Of a stretch of 64,000 nucleotides of DNA, positions 54,450 through 64,000 are shown in pieces. How positions within the stretch are numbered: position 1 is the stretch's first letter; the number at the start of each line of letters is the position of its first letter. The notes below the pieces were generated by a model. It saw only the letters and a program-made list of their open reading frames with translations, did not search any database and was not told where the DNA came from. The DNA comes from Meyerozyma guilliermondii (taxonomy: Eukaryota): contig CP128818.1 of NCBI GenBank assembly GCA_051546255.1, positions 1,178,001 to 1,242,000 of the forward strand. Reading direction: 5' to 3'. Made by a program: the position numbers and the translations under genes.

Positions 54450-55868
54450 ATGTTAGCACAAAAGATGAAATCAATTTCTCGGATTTGGAAGCTTCCCATC
54501 ACACAAGTCGTCTTTGTGGGGTGCGTTCTCTTCACCCAGCCAGGTATGTTTGATGCTATAACTGCTATTGGTGCTGGAGGACAAAAAGCATCGCTCGCGT
54601 GGTTGACAAATCAAGCTCTTGCGGCTCTTTATGGATGTTTCGCGGTGGTTGGTTTCATGGGTGGTTCTATCGTTAACACTTTGGGTGCAAAGCTTACATT
54701 TTTCTTGGGTACCATCGGTTACACTTTGTACATTGGTTCGTTGTGGAGTCTTGATAAGACTGGCAACACTGGGTTTGTTGTTGCTGGTGGAGCACTTTGT
54801 GGAATTTCTGCTGGTATGCTCTGGTCTGTTCATGGAATGGTTATTATGTCTTACGCCGAGGAAAAAGATAAGGCGAAGGCATTTGCATTGACATGGAGTA
54901 TGCTTTCTATTGGAGCTGCCATCGGTGGTCTCATTGGATTGTGTCAAAACTTGAATACCGCAGATACTTCAGGAGTTGCTACCGGTACTTATGTGGCCTT
55001 CATCGCGATAATGGTTGTGGGATGTTGCGTTTCTCTACTTTTATTAAACCCCCAACAGGTGAGAAGAAGCGATGGAAGACCTCTTGAGCACTTTCGTCAA
55101 ACGTCTTTCAAGAGAGAGGTGATCGACACATTTAAGCTTTTGAAGGAATGGAGACTAGTGGTCTTGTTCCCGGCTTTTTTTGCCAGCAATTTCTTTTATT
55201 CATATCAGTTTGGTATCAATGCCTTCTATTTCTCATTGAGAACAAGAGCGTTGAACTCGATGGTTTACTGGCTTACGCAAATTCTCGGTACTTTTGGTCT
55301 TGGATTGATTCTCGACAACCAAAGAATTCTGAGAAGAAAGCGCGGGATAATAGCCTTGATAGTGACATGCGTCTTTGTTACTGCTACCTGGATCGGAGGA
55401 GCAATCTTCCAAACTCAATTCGACATGCATTCAACTCCTCCTAATGTTGATTGGACAAGTTCTAAATTCGGAGGTCCTTTTGTTCTCTACTTTATGTATG
55501 GAATTTCCGATGCAATGTGGCAGTGTTGGTGCTACTGGATTATGGGAACACTTTCCAATGAGTCCTACAAGTTGGCCCGCTGTGCGGGCTACTATAAGGC
55601 TGTGCAGTCTGCTGGGTCAGCTATCTCGTTTGGAATATCGTCGCTTAGTATTCCGTTTGTGAAACAAATGGGTGCAAATTTCGGAATGATGCTCTTCAGC
55701 ATGCCATTGATGTTCATCGCAGCATGGAAGGTGAACCAGACTAACTACGACAAGGAAGAGGAGGTGGTTCCTCCAGCTGATGTCCAGAGCCAATTGGAGG
55801 AGGAGGAACCTGAGGTAGATCTCGAGAAGAATTCAAATGCGGTGGAGGTCCATTCTACCAAGTCCTAA
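54450..55868 (+). CDS. UNC-93-like MFS transporter (DUF895; Ngt1-like)
   Basis: TQVVFVG..LF.QPGMFDAI..IGAGG, GT.GY.LY.GSL, G.LWSVHG...SY.EE, FFASNFFYSYQ and FSLRTRALN motifs; start ATG 54450 or 54465. Confidence 0.82.
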   Translation: MLAQKMKSISRIWKLPITQVVFVGCVLFTQPGMFDAITAIGAGGQKASLAWLTNQALAALYGCFAVVGFMGGSIVNTLGAKLTFFLGTIGYTLYIGSLWSLDKTGNTGFVVAGGALCGISAGMLWSVHGMVIMSYAEEKDKAKAFALTWSMLSIGAAIGGLIGLCQNLNTADTSGVATGTYVAFIAIMVVGCCVSLLLLNPQQVRRSDGRPLEHFRQTSFKREVIDTFKLLKEWRLVVLFPAFFASNFFYSYQFGINAFYFSLRTRALNSMVYWLTQILGTFGLGLILDNQRILRRKRGIIALIVTCVFVTATWIGGAIFQTQFDMHSTPPNVDWTSSKFGGPFVLYFMYGISDAMWQCWCYWIMGTLSNESYKLARCAGYYKAVQSAGSAISFGISSLSIPFVKQMGANFGMMLFSMPLMFIAAWKVNQTNYDKEEEVVPPADVQSQLEEEEPEVDLEKNSNAVEVHSTKS

Positions 55869-55992
55869 TGTATAGTGAAGAAATGTCGAGAAAGCGAGAG
55901 AATAAGAATATTTATTCCACTAATCTAATAATACAGTTATTCTCTAATCCGAATCAAAGAAACGGCGTTCTTGGCTTTGATGTAATTCATTC

Positions 55993-57771
55993 TTATGGGC
56001 TTAGATTGCTCCAGTCTATGTAGAAGTCTGACCCAAAAAGCAAATCCTGTAGATCGTTAAATTGATAATCGTCCCACTTGGTCATGACCAGGGCCTCTTG
56101 TTCTATGTTACCCTCCAATCTATCGTTCAATATTTTGTATATGGAATTTGCATCAGGCCATGATTTGCATAATTCACATAGAATTGTGCGGCATGTTGAG
56201 AGCTCGGTGACATTTGCAGCTATACCAAGTGAGGTAATTGCTAGAAAAACAGTAGTTGCTGTTGAGCTAACATATACGGCGAGATTTGGGATTTTTCTTA
56301 GCGAATATGAATCCCTGTATCTCCCTAGAAGATCAATGATAGAATTTGCACTGGTCTTGCCCTTGACTAAAGGATCTGGGATATTGCTGTGCGTCCAGTC
56401 TTGACCCCCAAGCTTGAAAAATGGTCGAAACAAAAACACAATTGCCGAATGATACATGGTGTGCACCATGATGACCGCTGGGTGCATTATTGCGTCATTA
56501 TATTGAAGTGGGTTGGGAAGTTCTGCCTGCCATTCAACGAGTCTCTGATGGCATACCTCTAGAGCTTCAAGGTAGTTTTGCTTACTATTTTTCTTGAAAC
56601 TTTGGGAATAAATCGAGCTGATGATTTCCTTCAAAATCAAGTAGAGCTTTATGATAGCGGTTCGAGTGTTCTTGGGGTAGAAATCAACAAGTTCTCCCTC
56701 GTGCTCTCCGTCATTTTCATAAAATGGTGCCCATTGCACAGGGCTCTCGTAGGTATAATTAGGAAATTCTAACAAAATGTCCAATTCGTTCATGGCAGAT
56801 GGTCGCCCAAGATAGAAGCTCCATCCATGGTCAAAAATGTAGCATCCCCAAAACGTGTCCTGTCGAACGTTGTCTTCGTCTTCCAGTATCGTTCCGTCGC
56901 TTTTCAACTTTGTTCCGTCGAGATGGAGTCCAAGATCGATTGCTATTCTGAATGCAATTCCCGAATGAATCCACCCTAAACTAATATTGCCTACTCCAGA
57001 TTCTTTACTGGCTAGAAGCAATAGGCCCTGAATTGTTGTTATCGATGCATTTTCAAGCTCATCTGGGAGCATTGCTATGGCTCTTTTGTAGAAAGGATCG
57101 TTCAATTCATTGCCCTCTTCGTATTGGTCAGAAAAATGGACAGCATGAGATAAGATTGAATGGTGCAAAAATTCCGAGAAAAACGGCCCATTGGTTTGCA
57201 TATCTCGTAGAAAGAGCCCCTTGTTGAAGATGTTGTAGTAAGTATGCTGCCATGAAAAGTACAACGTGAGAAGTTCAAGCACCTTTTCCTCCAGGGTTCC
57301 AGTGAAGATTGTTGAATTTACTCTCAAAAAGTCATAAGAAAGCGATGGTACAGTTCTGCGCTCTTTAGGAACATCCTTCACTATCATTGGTACATTGGAA
57401 GTTTCTCCGTAGAAACTAAGCTTTCCATGACCATCCGATCGAAGTAACTTATTCTCAAATTCGATATTCTCGAACGGAACTTGTGGGCTAGTTTCTTCAC
57501 TTTTGAAGCTTTTCGAGTCGTTCAGGTCCAGCTGAAGCATTTTCACCACTTCTTCACTCTTCTTTCCACCTTCAGCAATGGCGGCTATGAGTTCTTTGGC
57601 TCGCTCGTATCGCTTTGTCAACTCTTCAAATTCAGCATGAGACCGTTTTCTTTTGTCACTTATTCTGTCATATGAACAGTGTTGTAGTCGCTGTTTACAT
57701 TGGAAACAGAAAGGCTTATTTCCATCGCATTTGATCTTCCGTTTCCGGCACGGAGAACATGCAACTACCAT
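55993..57771 (-). CDS. Zn(II)2Cys6 transcription factor with fungal-specific middle homology region
   Basis: ACSPCRKRKIKCDGNKPFCFQCKQRLQHCSY; TIQGLLLL...GIAFRIAIDLGLH...R..TFWGCYIFD...SFYLGRP. Confidence 0.93.
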   Translation of the reverse strand: MVVACSPCRKRKIKCDGNKPFCFQCKQRLQHCSYDRISDKRKRSHAEFEELTKRYERAKELIAAIAEGGKKSEEVVKMLQLDLNDSKSFKSEETSPQVPFENIEFENKLLRSDGHGKLSFYGETSNVPMIVKDVPKERRTVPSLSYDFLRVNSTIFTGTLEEKVLELLTLYFSWQHTYYNIFNKGLFLRDMQTNGPFFSEFLHHSILSHAVHFSDQYEEGNELNDPFYKRAIAMLPDELENASITTIQGLLLLASKESGVGNISLGWIHSGIAFRIAIDLGLHLDGTKLKSDGTILEDEDNVRQDTFWGCYIFDHGWSFYLGRPSAMNELDILLEFPNYTYESPVQWAPFYENDGEHEGELVDFYPKNTRTAIIKLYLILKEIISSIYSQSFKKNSKQNYLEALEVCHQRLVEWQAELPNPLQYNDAIMHPAVIMVHTMYHSAIVFLFRPFFKLGGQDWTHSNIPDPLVKGKTSANSIIDLLGRYRDSYSLRKIPNLAVYVSSTATTVFLAITSLGIAANVTELSTCRTILCELCKSWPDANSIYKILNDRLEGNIEQEALVMTKWDDYQFNDLQDLLFGSDFYIDWSNLSP

Positions 57772-59035
57772 TAAAGTTTATGAAGAAAGTCGCACTTTTG
57801 CTGCAAATTATGGAAGTGCGAAATAGGAAGTGGTTCCGAAGAGTGAAATATGAGGAACCTTGATTTTAGGTTCTTATTGCCAAGTGTATAATTCCCGTAA
57901 AGATATGTGGTTGAAGCACTGTAAGGATACTGGCGCTCATTGAACCGAGTCATAAAATACAACATACGAAAATGGTAAATACCATAGCATAGATTGCGAA
58001 CTAATTTAGATTGAACAAACTCAAAATATAAAATGGTCAATGAGTATATAGATTGAGGCTGAAACTGATATACTTACCTTCTAGCTGTTCTCATTGCCTC
58101 TTGTATAACTTTAGTTTCTCGAACTAAGATAATGAGTTATTATCTGTTTTGAGTTTGATGATAGTATTTAAGCTTTAAGCAATTAGTACGAAATCTTGAC
58201 TTAGTTATCTGGAGGTGGTTCCAGAGAAAATGGTGTTTGTTGTAACTCACATCATTGGTTAAAAGCGCTATACAAGTGGAAAAGAGAACTGACCATTTTA
58301 CATTAGGTTCACAAAGTAGATACAACGTAGATTCCAAATACGCATCGAGCGTAAATTGTCAAAGAATGCATGTTGCAAGCGAGAAAGCTAGAACGTTTTA
58401 ATAGCTGATATAGGTAACCTGGAATCTTAGTATTGCAGTTTGACGTAGAACTGAGTACTAACACCAGCCAGGTCAGATCAAAAGTAATTGCCTGAAGAAG
58501 CATACAAAGAGAGATTGGCTTCTTGGAATTAACAGACAGTCAAGTAGGATGTAATTTGGCTCTTCATTTGACCTCGGATCAATACTGGATCTTTCAGTTA
58601 AGAAGTCTATTTGAGTTTTGGCACCCAAGTTCTACTTTTATTGGAGCTCAAGTTAGCTGTTTCTCAACATTTTCTATCGAACAGAATACTACTTTCATCT
58701 AAGTTGGTCTTGGACTCTTTATATTACTGAAATAGCCATGAAAATATTTGGCTGCGAAATTTGGAAAATTAAAGATGTAGAGTAGTTGAAGAAAATTGAA
58801 GCAGTGAGTTGGTGGAAGTAACATGCAGAGTACTAATGTATAAGCAGTATGAACGATCTGATATATATTTCTTCAATATTGCAAAATTTTACATTTCTGC
58901 AATTTTTAAAAATTCGGATCAAACTATGGTGTTGCTTCTAAATATCAATACTAGCATCACTCCGCAAGTAACAAATCCAAGATTAGTCTATCATTCACAA
59001 TACCTTAATCTAACTACTATTTTGTCAAATAATCA

Positions 59036-60787
59036 TCATTCCTTTGAACAATCTCTGCCAAACATGTACACTTTCGCCCAATCAATGCACACAAGAATTT
59101 GGTTCTTGACGGAAAGACACATGTAGATATAAGCGGATCTCCAGAACAAAAACGTGAAGGATCCCCCAGTCGAAACTTTTGACCACGAACCCCATACAAG
59201 ATCAGCAACAGCTCTTTCTGAACCAATGTAAGCCAAAGATCCTTTGTGGTTGTAGACAAAGATGGGCAAGTTTTTTTGCAAACGGTCAACCCTTCTCTTT
59301 AAGCTTTCGACATTATCGTTGGCATGAGCATTCTCAATCCTGTAGTTCAAAGTGTCAATTTCATGCAACGCTTTAAAGTGTTTGCCCAAAAAGATTCCTT
59401 CTTGGAAAGCAACTTGAGCTGTTGGAGCGTATTTCAAGGTTGAACAGTCACCCAAGGCGTAAATATTGTCGGTACCATTGACTAACAACCTGTCATCCAC
59501 GAAAAGTCCGTGCTTAGCATTGCGTTGTGCATCGATCTTGGAAAATAACGACGTAACAATTCCTCTTGGAGCATTACCAGTTGCCCAAATTAACAATCCG
59601 TAAGGAAATTCGACATATTCATCGCCTCCCTTGGCATGTCTAGTACCCATGACCATTCTATCGTTCACTTCTTTGATCCTAGTGTCTGTTCGTAAGTCAA
59701 TGTTGGTGTCCTGGAAGATATCCTGGGTATAGTGAACCAAATTGTCGCTAAAAGTGTTTAATACACGAGATTTGGCTTCCACAACAGTCACTTTCAAGTC
59801 GGAAGCAACCTCAGGCATCCATTTCGTCAAATCCTGGTCGATGTAATCTTGCAATTCACCGGCAACTTCAACACCAGTTGGTCCACCTCCACAAACGACG
59901 ATATTAAGCAAGCGTTTTCTTTCCGGGTCGTCTTTGGGTAAGATGTTGGCAGCCTCAATGACATCCATCAAGCGTTTTCTGATGGTGACGGCATCGGTGA
60001 TTTCCTTCAAGAAAACTGAGTGAGCTGCCACACCAGGTATACCAAATGTTGAAGGCTGGGCACCCACACCTATAACTAAATAATCGTAATCGACCGAAGT
60101 GGTGATTTCTTCCATTCCACCATAGTCTACAGTTGACTTTGTGGAGCTGGAATCGTCTCCCGAATGGCCAGAATGAACGGTAGTGGACTGCTTGACAGTA
60201 ATTTTCTTGGTTACTGGGTCAATTTCCGTGGCTTCGGCTTCCATATAGGTAACTTCACCCTTGAGCTTTCGAGTAATAGCACGAACAGGCTCTATAATGG
60301 ACCTAATTTCAACGGTTCCTGTTGGGCAGGATGGTAGTAATGGAGTGAAAAGAAAGTAATTTCTGGGAGAAACCAACACAACATTGTACAACGAGGTATC
60401 CAAGTTCTTGAGGAAAGACATTGAGCCCCAGCCTGAGCCCAAAATAACAATAGTTTTCTTCTTTTGACCATTCTTGAAAAATGGTGCCTGTTTCTCTTGC
60501 TGTCCTGGATGCGACTCCAGATAGACATAGTAGCTCAAAATTCCACCACCAACTAACAAAGAAAAAAGAGTGATCCTCTTTGTGTTTTTCCAAATCTTCT
60601 GAGCCTTACTGGGTGGTTTCAATTCAACAAAACTCTTTTGGATAATCTCAGGTTTCTTCAGTTCCTCAAGCTTGTTAAGATTTCTGCTCATTGAAGAAAA
60701 GTAGAGAGCCCCCACGTTTCTACGGTAAACATTCGAGCATGCTATTCGTGTGGAGCCAATGGCATGAACGCCTGGTCCCTTAATCAT
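59036..60787 (-). CDS. NDE1: Mitochondrial external type-II NADH dehydrogenase
   Basis: VILGSGWG, SPRNYFLFTPLLPS, VCGGGPTGVE, ALGDC..YAPTAQVA.QEG and GSLAYIG motifs; start codon uncertain (60787 or 60814). Confidence 0.9.
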   Translation of the reverse strand: MIKGPGVHAIGSTRIACSNVYRRNVGALYFSSMSRNLNKLEELKKPEIIQKSFVELKPPSKAQKIWKNTKRITLFSLLVGGGILSYYVYLESHPGQQEKQAPFFKNGQKKKTIVILGSGWGSMSFLKNLDTSLYNVVLVSPRNYFLFTPLLPSCPTGTVEIRSIIEPVRAITRKLKGEVTYMEAEATEIDPVTKKITVKQSTTVHSGHSGDDSSSTKSTVDYGGMEEITTSVDYDYLVIGVGAQPSTFGIPGVAAHSVFLKEITDAVTIRKRLMDVIEAANILPKDDPERKRLLNIVVCGGGPTGVEVAGELQDYIDQDLTKWMPEVASDLKVTVVEAKSRVLNTFSDNLVHYTQDIFQDTNIDLRTDTRIKEVNDRMVMGTRHAKGGDEYVEFPYGLLIWATGNAPRGIVTSLFSKIDAQRNAKHGLFVDDRLLVNGTDNIYALGDCSTLKYAPTAQVAFQEGIFLGKHFKALHEIDTLNYRIENAHANDNVESLKRRVDRLQKNLPIFVYNHKGSLAYIGSERAVADLVWGSWSKVSTGGSFTFLFWRSAYIYMCLSVKNQILVCIDWAKVYMFGRDCSKE

Positions 60788-61028
60788 GGAACGATTGCAA
60801 ATTGACCACGACATGGCAACCTTGAGGAATCTCGGTAACGCGCGGAACCCTTTATCTTGCATTAAATCCTGCATCGGCCCATTCAAACCGAGCTCGTCGG
60901 TAAGTCGGCCGTGGTTCCCGGTATGCGCGGCCGACTAAAGGTGGTAGTATCACGAAATTCGATTCCTGAAATTTATGGATTTGCCGCCAAAATTCAAGTT
61001 CACAGACTCAATTATAATGGCTTTGTCG

Positions 61029-61691
61029 TTAACGAATGACAAACTCGGTGGAACATTCTCTAAAGTTGCTGTTAATGTTTAAAATTCGCAACCAAAATAT
61101 GCTCCAGTGTACAATTGAATTCGCGTTTGGTAGTACTGACTGATAAATATATTTGAAAGTGCCCAGTTTCTTAATGACGCCACCACAATCACCTATACTA
61201 TGAAACGTCGCATACGGTATGTCTCTTTTATAGTTACTGATGGGCCTCATTACTCCATTAGATTCATCACCTATGGCTACCATCCCCTGGTTGAGGTCTG
61301 TACTATAATCACTTGATGCACCCGTACTGTCAGTTGCATCATCGCTTTCGTAGTCAAAACTGTTATCTCTCTCACCCTGCCCAACAATGTTGTAATACTT
61401 GGATGATTCTGAGATCGGCCCATCGATAACTTGTACCGACGCTGGCGCTGTACGATTGTGCAAGCAGTCAGCTAGTTCCTTATGTGTCGAATTTGGAGAA
61501 AAACTTTCGTCATTCTTTAAGTATATAAATACTGAGTTGGCGTAATAATTAACTACAGCCTCAGTACTGGTGTTTTCCAAACAGGGCATTATTTGCTCTC
61601 TTATTGCCTGTCTAGTTACTTGCTCAGTAGCATTATCACATAGGCAACTTAAAAAAAGAATTGTCAAAAATGCTAAGCGTGACAATATCAT
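61029..61691 (-). CDS. Orphan secreted protein, possible pre-pro-protein
   Basis: 220 aa ATG ORF; signal peptide MILSRLAFLTILFLSCLC; several N-glycosylation sequons; acidic linker; KR dibasic site; TATATAA upstream. Confidence 0.55.
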   Translation of the reverse strand: MILSRLAFLTILFLSCLCDNATEQVTRQAIREQIMPCLENTSTEAVVNYYANSVFIYLKNDESFSPNSTHKELADCLHNRTAPASVQVIDGPISESSKYYNIVGQGERDNSFDYESDDATDSTGASSDYSTDLNQGMVAIGDESNGVMRPISNYKRDIPYATFHSIGDCGGVIKKLGTFKYIYQSVLPNANSIVHWSIFWLRILNINSNFRECSTEFVIR

Positions 61692-62428
61692 CGTTGAATA
61701 TGCTCTATTTCAAACTGCGCATTATATCTAACTTATATATTTGTTCAATAAAAAATGCGGAGTATTGAATTGATACTATATTCACTCCTAATTACCAACA
61801 AAGAATAAGTACGCTCACAATAAAGTTCGAGCCCGTTCTTCAATTTCGAAATTTGCTTTCAACAAGACCCAAATTGTGGACTCCAGAAATTAGGTTTGTT
61901 GTCCACGTTAATTAGTGCATCAATGTTCGTCACCTCTTAAGACTGTTCATAGTCGGCTGTCAAATTTGAATACGCTGGTATCGCTTCTACATGACCTTTT
62001 TGCACTCAAATGTATAATGGACAGAATGACTAAGGCAGCAAAGGCTAACCTTGTTTCGGAGACTGCTTACGCGATACTTTCTACTATCGCTAATCTCAAT
62101 TGCACTTGAATGTGGTTTCATGGCTACCCAGTATGATAACAACTTGATTATATTTTTGGAGAATGTTGCAAAAAGAATTGGACATATTCTCTCATTAAAG
62201 AGTTGCTGGGCTGCTTCAAAAGCAACTGAAGTGATAATTTCTCTTAGAACAACTTCAGCGATAAAGCTTATGAAATATTTCGCATGAGTCAATTCCCTTC
62301 AAACTTTATTCTCTGAGAACACTGTGGGTTCATTTCAGCAGATAAGAGTGAGTCATACCCCATTTGCCATCCCCACCTTGAAACAAGGGCCATAGAAACT
62401 GCAATCTGTAAAAAAAGACAAGCATAAA

Positions 62429-64000
62429 ATGAATGAAAATGAGTTGAAATTGCTGTTTTACATTATGTCAATTCTGGAGATGCTAAATGCCATTCGAATA
62501 ATACAGTCAAAACACACAGCACAAAAGGAAGTAAAGATAGAGGTCTCAACGAGGTACCTTGATGAACAATGTTTTTCTTTGCTTGCAAATAGCGATGTTA
62601 GAAACATCATAACTCATTTGGAGTTTAGAAGCTTTTGTTTAATCGATGTCAATTTGGATCACTTTGAGAATTTAAGGAGCTTTCGTGGAGATGAAATTAG
62701 AGTTGTAGTTAGCCTTGATCATTCGCTTCAAGAGCTTACATTGTTCAATGGCGTGATCTCAAGTCTCCCATACAACTTGAATAAATTATCGTTGGTGGAT
62801 TGCAAAATTGTCTGGCGACATCCTCAACCTCGGTTGCAGCAGTTAAGGTCTTTGGTCGTGAGTAACAGCCCGCACTGTCAAGCAAACTGTTACAGCTCAC
62901 TCTTTTGTATGACGTTGTTCGGGGATGACATATTGCAAGATACATTGTGGAATGACGAACTTGAAGAACTCGTCGTTACCGATAGAGAGAGTCACAGACT
63001 TGGACATATGCTCAAGTCGAGTAAGCTACGCCGAGTTGGATTTTTCGGAAGTATGACGAATGATATGTCTCCTGAGCTAGAAGAAATTAGCATTATAGGA
63101 GGTGAAGTGATTAACGATATTACAAAATTTACCAATTTGAAAACACTTTCAATTCAATGGCCACTGAAAAAGTTGAATTCGATGGTTTTTCCTCCTAATT
63201 TGACCAAGATTTACATTAGGTACGCTGAAGAATGTGGAGTTAAAAAAATAGTATTTCCAAAAGGCTTATTGGACCTCACGTTGGCTGACTGTGCTTTAGA
63301 ACACTACGAAACCACCAATTTGCCCAAAACTCTCGTCAAGTTATCTATAACCGATAACGATTTGACTGAATTTAAATGTGATCTTCCTGACTGTACGGAT
63401 ATGAACTTGAGCGGCAACGAACTAGAAGCAATTCGTATCAATACTCCCAAATTGATATCGTTAAACTTGAATGAAAATCTGTTCAGCGCATTTCCCAGAG
63501 TTTCAAACACAGTCAAAGATCTACTGGTGGGCAGCAATGAGATTGACCTATCTACTTTGAAAGATTTACCCCCAGCTCTCAAAACATTAACTATGTACAT
63601 TTCAGCCAAAGGCAAGTTGACAAACTTTACTTTTCCTGCCTCTTTAGAAGAGATTGACCTTTCTGGAGACCCTTTGGAGATTTCGGGCATCAATTTTCCT
63701 CCTGATTCAAAGTTGAAGAAATTGAACTTGAGCATGGCTTCATTGGGAGTGATCAGTGACGCTACCATCAAATTACCACAAGGTTTAGAGTGGTTGGACT
63801 TATATGGAAATGGATTGGAGACCATCGATGATCTCCTGATCCCACAGTCATTGAAATTTTTGGACTTGGGAAATAACAGGCTTGAATCGTTCAATGTTCC
63901 TTCAAGCATACAGACTTTGCTCATTAGCGATAATCCTTTCTTCTCTAACTTGCAAGTGTCTGCCGACCTGGACCTTCGGTCGCTAGTCTTGGAAGAGGTG
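62429..64000 (+). CDS. Leucine-rich-repeat protein (CTG-clade IFA/LPF-like family), truncated by the window end
   Basis: Hand translation is open from ATG 62429 to 64000 with no stop; repeats such as LPKTLVKLSITDNDL, FPASLEEIDLSGDPL, LPQGLEWLDLYGNGL and IPQSLKFLDLGNNRL. Confidence 0.8.
   Translation, partial: MNENELKLLFYIMSILEMLNAIRIIQSKHTAQKEVKIEVSTRYLDEQCFSLLANSDVRNIITHLEFRSFCLIDVNLDHFENLRSFRGDEIRVVVSLDHSLQELTLFNGVISSLPYNLNKLSLVDCKIVWRHPQPRLQQLRSLVVSNSPHCQANCYSSLFCMTLFGDDILQDTLWNDELEELVVTDRESHRLGHMLKSSKLRRVGFFGSMTNDMSPELEEISIIGGEVINDITKFTNLKTLSIQWPLKKLNSMVFPPNLTKIYIRYAEECGVKKIVFPKGLLDLTLADCALEHYETTNLPKTLVKLSITDNDLTEFKCDLPDCTDMNLSGNELEAIRINTPKLISLNLNENLFSAFPRVSNTVKDLLVGSNEIDLSTLKDLPPALKTLTMYISAKGKLTNFTFPASLEEIDLSGDPLEISGINFPPDSKLKKLNLSMASLGVISDATIKLPQGLEWLDLYGNGLETIDDLLIPQSLKFLDLGNNRLESFNVPSSIQTLLISDNPFFSNLQVSADLDLRSLVLEEV

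Noticed and set aside
58238..58669. Possible solo LTR or pseudogene remnant between the transcription factor and NDE1
   Set aside because: Flanks (GTGTT and TTTTC) do not match, and no recognisable protein fragment was found

Overview
A gene-dense, almost intron-free 64-kb segment of a budding-yeast nuclear chromosome. It belongs to the CUG-Ser (CTG) clade: CTG codons fall where homologues have Ser in AMS1, PRE7, GAPDH and the CocE-like gene, so the supplied translations misread some Ser as Leu. The left ~29 kb is mostly housekeeping genes: RPF1, HTD2-like, intron-containing SOD1, PBI2-like, AMS1, MPS3, AHP1, GPI11, CFT1, ERD2, PRE7, TIM13 and two GPI cell-wall proteins, plus a ~1-kb degenerate tandem array between MPS3 and AHP1. 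The right ~35 kb looks accessory and nutrient-scavenging. It holds three tandem DAL5/SOA1-type MFS permeases, a Ctr copper transporter with Mac1 sites, a GH27 alpha-galactosidase ending in HDEL, a divergent GAPDH paralogue, a solo LTR with target-site duplication, a bacterial-type CocE/NonD hydrolase next to an MFS gene, a SYG1-like protein with a degenerate SPX domain, NDE1, an orphan secreted protein and an LRR gene that runs off the window end. The most interesting item is a compact three-gene unit at 52.9-57.8 kb: an AnmK/levoglucosan-kinase-family kinase, a divergently transcribed UNC-93/Ngt1-like MFS transporter and a Zn2Cys6 transcription factor. It is a candidate cluster for uptake and catabolism of a 1,6-anhydro(amino)sugar. 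All family assignments come from motif recognition by eye; no searches were run.
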